29,806 nt of DNA, from the IMG/VR virus record IMGVR_UViG_3300009184_000142, positions 1 to 29,806 of that record. The stretch is one strand, 5' to 3'. The position numbers and the translations under genes were made by a program. The DNA comes from a virus. Taxonomy: Duplodnaviria > Caudoviricetes. The notes under the pieces were generated by a model that did not search any database, was not told where the DNA came from, and saw only the letters and a list, made by a program, of their open reading frames with translations. This document shows, one piece after another, positions 13,898 through 22,398 of the stretch (the stretch's first letter is position 1; each line of letters begins with the position of its first letter).

Positions 13898-15423
13898 AAA
13901 CGCCTATCCTTGGCTCCTCGTATGTTGCTCGCAGCGTCAACGCTGCGGACAACCGCATGGTCAACTTGTTCCCCGAGATTGTCCCCGAGGGCGGCAAAGA
14001 ACCGGCGTTCCTCAACAGGGCGCCAGGGTTGCGGTTCCTGCTGTCTGCGGACGTGGGGCCGATCCGAGGGCTGTGGCAGTTGGGCGGCTACATGTTTGCC
14101 GTCTCGGCCAACCAGTTGTACCGCATCGATACAACATGGACGGCCACGCCGGTCGGCTACATTCTGGGCACTGGCCCGGTGTGTATGGCCGACAACGGCA
14201 CGCAAATCTTCATTGCCTGCAACGGCCCCAGCTATATCTATGACGTCAGCACGTTGACGCTTGTTCAGATCACAGACCCAGACTTCCCCGGTGCGGTGAT
14301 GGTTGGGTTCTTGGATGGGTACTTTGTCTTCAACGAACCCAACAGCCAGAAGGTCTGGGTCACGGCGCTGTACGACGGGATTAACATCGACGGGCTGGCG
14401 TTTGCTAGTGCAGAAGGCTCACCTGATGGGCTGATATCGCTGATTGTGGACCACCGTGAGGCTTGGCTGTTCGGCACCAACTCGGTCGAGGTCTGGTACG
14501 ACGCAGGCAACATCGGGTTCCCGCTGGCCCGTATTCAGGGCGCGTTCAACGAGATTGGTTGCATCGCGCCGTACTCGGTCGCCAAGCTGGACAATGGCGT
14601 CTTCTGGCTGGGCGCCGACGCGCGCGGCAAAGGGATCGTTTACCGATCAAATGGCTATGCGGGCGCTCGTATCTCGACCCATGCGGTCGAGTGGCAAATC
14701 CAGAACTACGACACACTGGCCGACGCCACGGCGTACACCTACCAGCAGGATGGACATGCCTTCTATGTGCTGAACTTCCCCACAGGCCGCACGACTTGGG
14801 TGTATGACGTCGCCACCCAGTCATGGCATGAACGGGCCTACTGGGACAACGGCACGTACACCCGGCATCTGGCCGACAATCAGGTGTTTTACAACAATAC
14901 CACGGTTGTCGGAGACTGGCTGACCGGCAACATCTATGCGTTCGATCTGGAATACTACGCCGACAACGAGACGGTTCAGCGGTGGCTGCGGTCTTGGCGT
15001 GCGCTGGGGCCTGACCAGAACAATTTGAAACGCACCCGGCATGATCTGCTGCAACTCGACTGCGAAGTCGGCGTCGGCATCCAAGGCACGTCTAACTTCA
15101 CGGTCGAGACAGTCTACCTGACTACGGAAGCCGGTGACCAGATTGAGGCTGAGAACGGCGACAATCTTATCATCGCGTCGGCGCTTACCACAGGCGTGGA
15201 CCCTCAAGCCATGCTGCGGTGGTCGGACGATGGCGGGCACACTTGGTCGGCAGAACATTGGCGCAGCATGGGCAGGATCGGCGCGTCGGCTACCCGCGTC
15301 ATGTGGCGCCGGCTGGGCATGACCCAGCGGTCCCGCGACCGCGTGTACGAAGTGTCTGGCACCGACCCGGTCAAGATTGCTATCGTCGCCGCTGAACTAA
15401 CCATCTCGCCCACCAATGCCTGA
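13894..15423 (+). CDS. Tail hub / DNA stabilisation protein (P22 gp10-like)
   Basis: 509 aa beta-propeller-like; TWVYD...WHER, WSDDGGHTW, RRLG..RDRV motifs. Confidence 0.9.
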   Translation: MKTPILGSSYVARSVNAADNRMVNLFPEIVPEGGKEPAFLNRAPGLRFLLSADVGPIRGLWQLGGYMFAVSANQLYRIDTTWTATPVGYILGTGPVCMADNGTQIFIACNGPSYIYDVSTLTLVQITDPDFPGAVMVGFLDGYFVFNEPNSQKVWVTALYDGINIDGLAFASAEGSPDGLISLIVDHREAWLFGTNSVEVWYDAGNIGFPLARIQGAFNEIGCIAPYSVAKLDNGVFWLGADARGKGIVYRSNGYAGARISTHAVEWQIQNYDTLADATAYTYQQDGHAFYVLNFPTGRTTWVYDVATQSWHERAYWDNGTYTRHLADNQVFYNNTTVVGDWLTGNIYAFDLEYYADNETVQRWLRSWRALGPDQNNLKRTRHDLLQLDCEVGVGIQGTSNFTVETVYLTTEAGDQIEAENGDNLIIASALTTGVDPQAMLRWSDDGGHTWSAEHWRSMGRIGASATRVMWRRLGMTQRSRDRVYEVSGTDPVKIAIVAAELTISPTNA

Positions 15424-17443
15424 TATCTCCAATATCCCCTCGGCCCGCGTCCCGGTTCTGGACGACAAGGGCCTGATGACCCGGCAGTGGTACCGGTACT
15501 TCTTCAACCTGTTCAACCTGACCAACGCCGGGTCTTCGCCCACCAACGCCAACGACCTTGCGCTGGCGCCCGCGCCCCAACCGTCCACAGGCGCGAACCT
15601 GAGCGGCGCCACCGGCACGCTCGGCACCGCCAACGGTGGTACCGGGCTGGCCGCGACCCCGTCGAACGGACAGTTGCTGATCGGCAACGGTACGGGCTTC
15701 TCGCTGAACACGTTGACGGCTGGCACAGGCGTCACGCTGACCAACGGCGCGGGCACCATCACGGTGGCGGCGTCGGCGGCTGCGTCGGCTGCCAACCTGA
15801 CCGGCGGCGTGGCAGGGTCGTTGCCATATCAGAGCGGCGTCAGCACGACGACGTTCCTGCCCATAGGCACCGCGTCTCAAGTCCTCCAGGTCAACGCAGG
15901 CGCCACAGCGCCCGAGTGGGTCGCGCCGTCTGGCGGCACGGTGACCAGCGTCAGCTTTACCGGCGGCGTTGTTTCGGTTGCCACGCCCACCACGACCCCG
16001 GCGTTCACGGTGGCGGGCACGTCGGGCGGCATCCCGTACTTCTCCAGCGCGTCAACCTGGGCGACGTCTGCTGCGCTTGCAGCCAACGCGCTGGTGGTTG
16101 GCGGTGGCGCTGCGGTCGCGCCGTCCACGGTGACCACCGGCACAAACGTATTGACGGCTCTCGGTGTCAACGTCGGCACAGCCGGCGCGGTCGTTGTGAA
16201 TGGCGGCGTCTTGGGCACACCGACCAGCGGCACCGTGACCAACCTGACGGGCACCGCGTCGATCAACATCAACGGCACTGTGGGCGCTACAACACCGGCT
16301 GCTGGCGCGTTCACCACACTATCTGCTTCTTCGACTGTCAGCGGTACAGGCTTTAGCACTTACTTGGCTTCGCCCCCGGCCATTGGCGGTACTGTCGCTG
16401 CGGCCATTACTGGCACGACGATTACGGCCAACACGGGTTTGGTCGGGCCGCACAACGGTACTGTGGGCGCCACGACACCGGCTACTGGCGCGTTCACGAC
16501 TGTCGATGGAACTACAATCACTGCCAGCGTTACGTTCAATGGACCTCATAACGGCACTGTAGGCGCTACCACGCGCAACACCGGGGCGTTTACCACCCTT
16601 ACTGCAAACAGCACGTCCACGTTTACGGGTGGCCATGGCAAGAACGCCTTTGGCGCGGTAGACGCAGCGGGATTGCTTGCGCTCAACGGCAACGCCACAG
16701 GCGCCACCACGCTGTACAGCATGTACCTGAACCAAGCGGTTCAGACTGACGTGACGGTGGTCTTTGATAGCATCAGATGCGCGCCTAGTCTTGCGGCGGC
16801 GACTGCAACCGGCACTGTGCGAGGCTTCAATGTGCAGGGCGCCACTTTGGGCGCTGGCGCTAGCATCACGAACCAAGTCGGGTTTAACGCGGGGTCCACA
16901 ATAACCACCGGCACCAACAACTATGGGTTTTTTGGCAACCTCGCAGCCGCAACAGGCAGTTGGAACTATTACGCCGCTGGTACGGCAAACAATGCCTACG
17001 CGGGCAACTCTCGCTTCGGCGGCGTCACGGTCCCCGTCGCTACGGTGGATGTCACCGGCTCTGTGGCTGCCACCACCACCATCCTGTCTACCGGCGCTAC
17101 CAGCGGCGTCGGTTACGCCACGGGCGCGGGCGGGTCGCAGACCCAGCTAACATCCCGCACGACGGGCGTCACGCTCAATACAATCTGCGGTAAGATCACG
17201 CTCTTTTCGGCTACCACGACGGCGGGCACGTTCTCCAGCTTCACGGTGACAAACAGCGCCGTTGCGGCTACTGATGTGGTGATTATCAATATTGGTGCCA
17301 GCGCCACGGCAGATCGGTACAACGTGACAGTCACCGCCGTGGCGGCAGGGTCGTTCCGCGTCCAGATCCACAATGTCGCGGCAGTGGCGGTAGCCGAGGC
17401 GCCCGTCCTGAACTTTGCTGTCATCAAGGCTGTAACCGCCTAA
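15416..17443 (+). CDS. Tail needle/fibre protein, 675 aa
   Basis: Follows gp10-like gene; conserved N-terminus (RVP...MTRQWYRYF) then G/T/A-rich repeats. Confidence 0.85.
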   Translation: MPDISNIPSARVPVLDDKGLMTRQWYRYFFNLFNLTNAGSSPTNANDLALAPAPQPSTGANLSGATGTLGTANGGTGLAATPSNGQLLIGNGTGFSLNTLTAGTGVTLTNGAGTITVAASAAASAANLTGGVAGSLPYQSGVSTTTFLPIGTASQVLQVNAGATAPEWVAPSGGTVTSVSFTGGVVSVATPTTTPAFTVAGTSGGIPYFSSASTWATSAALAANALVVGGGAAVAPSTVTTGTNVLTALGVNVGTAGAVVVNGGVLGTPTSGTVTNLTGTASININGTVGATTPAAGAFTTLSASSTVSGTGFSTYLASPPAIGGTVAAAITGTTITANTGLVGPHNGTVGATTPATGAFTTVDGTTITASVTFNGPHNGTVGATTRNTGAFTTLTANSTSTFTGGHGKNAFGAVDAAGLLALNGNATGATTLYSMYLNQAVQTDVTVVFDSIRCAPSLAAATATGTVRGFNVQGATLGAGASITNQVGFNAGSTITTGTNNYGFFGNLAAATGSWNYYAAGTANNAYAGNSRFGGVTVPVATVDVTGSVAATTTILSTGATSGVGYATGAGGSQTQLTSRTTGVTLNTICGKITLFSATTTAGTFSSFTVTNSAVAATDVVIINIGASATADRYNVTVTAVAAGSFRVQIHNVAAVAVAEAPVLNFAVIKAVTA

Positions 17444-17454
17444 CGGAGGCTCCT

Positions 17455-18234
17455 ATGACCATTGCTCTCTCACCCCTGGCGGGCGCCGGCTGGCAGTTCT
17501 TCGACGACAACGGCGTGCCGCTGGCTGGCGGCAAGATCTACACCTACCTGTCGGGCACCACGACGCCCGCCACCACCTACACGTCCAGCACAGGCGCCAC
17601 GGCCAACACTAACCCTATCGTGCTGGACGCCGCCGGGCGCGTGTCCGCCGAGGTCTGGCTGACTGACGACATCCAGTACACGCTGACGCTTCAGAACTCG
17701 TCGTCGGTGCAGATCTGGTCCAAGGATGGCATCAGCACCTTCCTAAGCACGTCTGGCCGTCCGGTCATCGTCCCCTCGTCCGCCACGCCTGCCCAGACCG
17801 CAGCCGGTTCGCTGGTCTGGAACACAACCAGCCAGGTTCTGACCGCCGGCAACGGCTCTGGCCGCGTGACGTTCGTTGACACCGCGACCGCCCAGACGCT
17901 GACCAACAAGCGCGTCACGCCGCGTGTCAACACGGTGGTGTCGGCGGCGACTGTCACCCCAACAGCCGATCTGAGCGACCTGTACACGGTCACGGCGCTG
18001 GCGGTGCCCGCCACGATTGCTGCGCCCACCGGCACGCCTACAGACGGCCAGCGCCTGCTGATCCGTATTCTGGACAACGGCACGGCGCGAGCGTTGACGT
18101 GGAACGCTATCTACCGGGTGATCGGCGTCACGCTGCCCACCACGACCACGGCGTCAAAGACCGGGTACATCGGCTGCATCTACAACGTCGCGGCAACGTC
18201 TTGGGATGTTGTTGCAGTTACGACACAGGCGTAG
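17455..18234 (+). CDS. Tail fibre/tailspike anchor protein
   Basis: QFFDDNGVPLAGGKIYTY..GTTTP..TY...NPIVLDAAG head-binding-like N-terminus. Confidence 0.85.
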   Translation: MTIALSPLAGAGWQFFDDNGVPLAGGKIYTYLSGTTTPATTYTSSTGATANTNPIVLDAAGRVSAEVWLTDDIQYTLTLQNSSSVQIWSKDGISTFLSTSGRPVIVPSSATPAQTAAGSLVWNTTSQVLTAGNGSGRVTFVDTATAQTLTNKRVTPRVNTVVSAATVTPTADLSDLYTVTALAVPATIAAPTGTPTDGQRLLIRILDNGTARALTWNAIYRVIGVTLPTTTTASKTGYIGCIYNVAATSWDVVAVTTQA

Positions 18235-18235
18235 C

Positions 18236-18421
18236 ATGGCGATCACATCCGCACTCGTCGATGCCGCCACGCTGGTTGTGGCCAACGTCATCGTGGCCGA
18301 CCCGGCAGTGGACCCGGCGCCGCCGGGCTATCTGCTGATCCGGCTCCAGCCCGGCGACGATTGCCAGATCGGCTACATCTATGACCCGGCGACTGGTACA
18401 TTCTCACCAGAGGTGACCTGA
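18236..18421 (+). CDS. Small tail-fibre-associated protein, 61 aa
   Basis: VVANVIVAD...IGYIYD...F motif typical of partners of glycine-rich fibres; start corrected to 18236. Confidence 0.75.
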   Translation: MAITSALVDAATLVVANVIVADPAVDPAPPGYLLIRLQPGDDCQIGYIYDPATGTFSPEVT

Positions 18422-19398
18422 TGGCCCTGACCACGATCATTCTCACGACAGGCACGACGTGGACCGTGCCGACTGACTGGAACTCTGCCAGCAACACCAT
18501 CGAAACTATTGGTGGCGGTGGTGGCGGGGGCAACGCTCAGGGCGGCGGCGGTGGCGGCGGCGCGTACGCCAAGATCACCAACCTGACGCTGACCGCCGGG
18601 GCCTCGGTCATCATAGCGGTCGGCGCAGCAGGCGTAGGCAGCGCCGTTGCGGGCACCGCAGGCACTGACGGCGGCGATACTTATTTCAACGGTGCGTCTC
18701 TGGCCGCGTCAAGCGTCGGGGCCAAGGGTGGTACCGGCGGTACAAGTAGCAGCGGTTCAGCCGGGTCAGGCGGCGGGTCGGCCACGTCTGTCGGCACGGT
18801 AAAATACTCAGGCGGCAACGGCGGCGCGGTAGGGTCGTCCAACGGCGGCGGCGGTGGCGGCGGCGCGGGCGGGCCAAACGGGATCGGCGCAGTAGGCGGC
18901 GCGGCGCGCACGGCGGGCAACCCGTACACGGGCGGTGGTGGCGGTGGTGGCGGCGGCGGGACGGCAGGGCAGCAGGGCGCCAGCAATTCGGTCGGCGGCG
19001 CGGGCGGCAACAACTACCTTGGCGCTGGCGGTGGCGTGGCGGGCAACAGCACCACGCGCCCTGGCGGTGCAGGCTCCAACGGCGGCGGTGGTGGCGGGGC
19101 CGGTGGCTCTGGCTCGACCGGCTCTGGTGGCGCGTACGCGGGTGGCGCTGGTGGTGCTGGCACTGAGTTCACGGCTGTGGCCGGTGCGGGCGGCGGCGGC
19201 GGCGGCGCGTCAGCCGGCTCCAGCGGCGGCGCCAAGGGCGGCGATGCGGGCAACTACGGTGGTGGTGGCGGTGGTGGGTCTAACCGCAGCGGCACCTCTG
19301 GCACTGCCGGTGGCAATGGCGCGCAGGGTGTGATCTATATTACGTACACCGGGACCAGCCCGGCGGCGACAACCAACAACTTCATGCTGTGGTTCTGA
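18421..19398 (+). CDS. Glycine-rich tail adhesin-like protein
   Basis: TWTVP...IGGGGGGG...GAQGVIYITY polyglycine architecture. Confidence 0.85.
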   Translation: MALTTIILTTGTTWTVPTDWNSASNTIETIGGGGGGGNAQGGGGGGGAYAKITNLTLTAGASVIIAVGAAGVGSAVAGTAGTDGGDTYFNGASLAASSVGAKGGTGGTSSSGSAGSGGGSATSVGTVKYSGGNGGAVGSSNGGGGGGGAGGPNGIGAVGGAARTAGNPYTGGGGGGGGGGTAGQQGASNSVGGAGGNNYLGAGGGVAGNSTTRPGGAGSNGGGGGGAGGSGSTGSGGAYAGGAGGAGTEFTAVAGAGGGGGGASAGSSGGAKGGDAGNYGGGGGGGSNRSGTSGTAGGNGAQGVIYITYTGTSPAATTNNFMLWF

Positions 19399-19399
19399 C

Positions 19400-19738
19400 A
19401 TGGCCGTTATCGCAACAGTCCTCATCCCCGCCAAGATCTGCGAAGGCACGACCACGAAGCAGTACACTGCCTCGAACGTCACCGCGCTGATCGACAAGTT
19501 TACGGCGTCCAATTTCTCCAGCGCGGCCACTACCCTGACGGTCTACCTCGTCACGATGGGCGACACGCCAGGCGACCAGAACACCATCGTGGTGTCCCGC
19601 ACCATCTCGGCCAGCGAGACGTATACCTTCCCCGAGATCGTCGGCTCGGCCATCCTGTCCGGTGGCTACATCTCGACGCTCTGCGGCGACGGCGCGTCGG
19701 TGACGATCCGCGCCAGCGGGCGGGAGATCAGCGCGTGA
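19400..19738 (+). CDS. Conserved small tail protein, 112 aa
   Basis: IDKFTA.N, ETYTFPE.VG, IRASGREI motifs. Confidence 0.85.
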   Translation: MAVIATVLIPAKICEGTTTKQYTASNVTALIDKFTASNFSSAATTLTVYLVTMGDTPGDQNTIVVSRTISASETYTFPEIVGSAILSGGYISTLCGDGASVTIRASGREISA

Positions 19739-20196
19739 CCCTGACGGCGCAGGCAGAAGAGTGGGAAGACGTAAAGCATGAGATTATCCCGTTCCTGCAC
19801 CATCACTGGGAAGAGATGGAACTGAACAGGGACAAGATCCCGCTTGGGGTCCAGTTCGAGGTGTACGACAGTCACGCTGCCGGTAAATCGCTGCTTGTCG
19901 TCACCTTACGCAAGGACGGCGAACTGGTGGGGTACTTCTGGGGCTTCCTGATACCGCACGTTCACCACAAAACTTGCTTGACATTGATGATGGACCTATA
20001 CTGGGTTCACCCATCTGTCAGAGGCAAGGGCCTACCGGGCGTCAAGCTGCTGCGGGAGGTCGAGGCGGAAGCCAAGCGACGTGGGGCGCAGCAAATGTTT
20101 TTCGGCAGCAAACTCCATAAAGACTCGTCGCGGCTGTTCGAGTACATGAAGATGGACCCCGTCGAGGTCTACTACAACAAGTGGATAGGAGACTGA
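19735..20196 (+). CDS. GNAT-fold protein at tail/ejection junction
   Basis: LYWVHPSVRGKG..G.KLL...E.EAK.RGA acetyl-CoA-binding motif A. Confidence 0.85.
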   Translation: MTLTAQAEEWEDVKHEIIPFLHHHWEEMELNRDKIPLGVQFEVYDSHAAGKSLLVVTLRKDGELVGYFWGFLIPHVHHKTCLTLMMDLYWVHPSVRGKGLPGVKLLREVEAEAKRRGAQQMFFGSKLHKDSSRLFEYMKMDPVEVYYNKWIGD

Positions 20197-20197
20197 C

Positions 20198-21052
20198 ATG
20201 GCCTCTGCCCTCGGCTCTATCGTTGGCGGCATCATCCAGAGCAACGCTGCCAGCGACGCACAGAGCGCGCAGGAACGGGCTGCGGCCCGAGCGCGCCGCG
20301 ACCAGAACCAAGCGTTCGAGCGCCAGGTTCAGCTTCAGGCGCCGTTCCGCGCGGGTGGTCTGTCAGCACTCAGCCGTTACCTGACATACTTTGGCCTTGA
20401 GACGCCTACTATTTACGCCGGCGGCACCATGACGCCGCCGTCGTTGACTGGCCCAGACGGTAAGCCGCTGAAGGGCCAGGCGCTTGCAGACGCGCAGCGG
20501 AACATGGGGCAGCCGCCCGAATTGTCGGTCGATCCTAACGACCCCAACTTTGGCAAGTATTCCCGCGACTTTGGCATGGCGGATTTTCAGGCCGATCCTG
20601 GCTATGCGTTCCGGTTGTCCGAGGGCCTCAAAGCAATCGACGCCAGCGCGGCATCGCGTGGCGGCCTGCTGTCGGGCAACGCCCTACGCAGTGCTTCGGA
20701 CTACGGTCAGAAAACCGCCAGCGATGAATATCTGAATGCGTTCAACCGGTATCAGTTGAACCGGCGGAACCAGCTTGCGCCTCTCGAGACGCTGTTCGGC
20801 GGCGCGCACGAATCGGCCAACACGTTGGGCAGCGCGGCGGGCAACTTGGGCAATCAGTTGGCATCAAACTCGTACCAGCTTGGCAATGTTCAGGCAGCGG
20901 GCGAGGTTGCACGCGGCAACGCATGGACAGGTGCAGTTGGCGGCGTTACTGACGCATTGGGCGGCTACAATTTTGGCAGCATGTTTGGCGGCGGCGTTGG
21001 CGGCGGGTACAGCATGGGCAGCAACGGCAGGCTGAACCGTTTCGGAGGGTAA
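20198..21052 (+). CDS. DNA ejection/pilot protein (P22 gp7-like)
   Basis: Hydrophobic Gly-rich N-terminus; F.ADPGY.FR..EG.KA...SAASRGGLLSG motif. Confidence 0.8.
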   Translation: MASALGSIVGGIIQSNAASDAQSAQERAAARARRDQNQAFERQVQLQAPFRAGGLSALSRYLTYFGLETPTIYAGGTMTPPSLTGPDGKPLKGQALADAQRNMGQPPELSVDPNDPNFGKYSRDFGMADFQADPGYAFRLSEGLKAIDASAASRGGLLSGNALRSASDYGQKTASDEYLNAFNRYQLNRRNQLAPLETLFGGAHESANTLGSAAGNLGNQLASNSYQLGNVQAAGEVARGNAWTGAVGGVTDALGGYNFGSMFGGGVGGGYSMGSNGRLNRFGG

Positions 21053-22398
21053 TGACCATGGCTGAACTCGACCCGTACATCGTCTTTCGGCAGAAAGAAT
21101 ATAGCGGCCCCACGCAGGATGAACTTGACGCCAAGCAGGACATGAACGCCCTGCGGAATATGCTGGGCGCTGGCAAGTCCATTGATTCTCCCGAGGTCGT
21201 CAACGCCATGATGGCGCGCGACCCTAAGATGGGGATGGAGTTGATGGCGAACGCCAACACGATGCAGACCAGTCAGGCGTCCTTGCAGGCCAAACAGCAA
21301 GAGGCAATCGCGGCAGAACTGGACAGGTATATTCCTGTCGGCGCAGCCATTGTGAAGTCAGGCGACCAAGCCGCTTGGGACCAGCTACATATGCACTTGG
21401 GGCAGAAGTATCCCGAAGCGGTGATGGGTTGGCCCAGCAACGTCGCAAAGGGCGGCGAGTTCTTGCAAGCCTATATGGACGCGCGGCGCAATCTAAAGGG
21501 CGGTGGCGGGCAAGCAGCCACTAGAGCCGTGCAGACGGCGGATGGCGTATACCTTGTCAGCCCAACTGGCGAATACACGCCCATGACTGACAACAACGGC
21601 AATCAAGTTAAGTCGCTTGGCATGGGTACGGCAGCGCTTGGCGCCCAGTCGCGCGAGGCCGTGGCGGGCATTGGCGCCAACGTTCGGCGTTATGGGATTG
21701 ATGTTGGCGCCGACACGGCGGACCAAAACCGGACCGCGCAGGGCGCGCGTCAGGACGCCAAAATGTTTTCGGAAGCCGGTCGGGCAGGCGTCACGGGCGC
21801 TACGGTCACACGCGTGGGCCAAGAACCCGCGCCGGATCAGCCAGGCGTTGCGTCGAGCGTCCCTGAAGCCAAACGCCGGGTTGCGCTTGAGACGTCGCTG
21901 CCGAAGGCGCGTGGTGTTCTTAACACCACAGACGCCAAGTTTGACGATATGACGGCCAACATCGACGCGCTGATCAAAGACCCGACGCTCAAGAACATCA
22001 CCGGCAGCGAGATTGCAGCAGCCAAGGGCGATTGGCCCACCATTTTCGGTACAAAGTCAGCCAACGCGCAGCAGCGTGTGAAACAGATCATTGCACAAGG
22101 TGGGTTCAATGAACTGGCAGAAATGCGCGCTGCATCGCCCACGGGCGGCGCGCTGGGCAACGTGTCTGACACTGAAGGACAGTACCTCCGCGCAGCCTTT
22201 GCCCGGCTCGGTCAGGCACAGGATTACCCGTCCTATGTCGCCGCGCTTAATGAACTCAAAGCGCAGATAGCCCGGTCCAAACAGCGGCTTCATGGCACGT
22301 TTGACGAAACGTACGCGCCTCTCAGCACCAACGGTGCTGCCCCGCCGCCGCCCACTGCTGGCGCCGCTCCGCTCGCTGACCCCTTGGGGATACGCTAA
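21052..22398 (+). CDS. Internal virion/ejection protein, 448 aa
   Basis: Synteny; helical; GALGNVSD.EG motif. Confidence 0.7.
   Translation: MTMAELDPYIVFRQKEYSGPTQDELDAKQDMNALRNMLGAGKSIDSPEVVNAMMARDPKMGMELMANANTMQTSQASLQAKQQEAIAAELDRYIPVGAAIVKSGDQAAWDQLHMHLGQKYPEAVMGWPSNVAKGGEFLQAYMDARRNLKGGGGQAATRAVQTADGVYLVSPTGEYTPMTDNNGNQVKSLGMGTAALGAQSREAVAGIGANVRRYGIDVGADTADQNRTAQGARQDAKMFSEAGRAGVTGATVTRVGQEPAPDQPGVASSVPEAKRRVALETSLPKARGVLNTTDAKFDDMTANIDALIKDPTLKNITGSEIAAAKGDWPTIFGTKSANAQQRVKQIIAQGGFNELAEMRAASPTGGALGNVSDTEGQYLRAAFARLGQAQDYPSYVAALNELKAQIARSKQRLHGTFDETYAPLSTNGAAPPPPTAGAAPLADPLGIR

Noticed and set aside
15416-19398. Diversity-generating retroelement or invertible tail-fibre switch
   Set aside because: No reverse transcriptase or invertase in the window and no near-identical TR/VR pair; the fibre-tip paralog is diverged at all positions.
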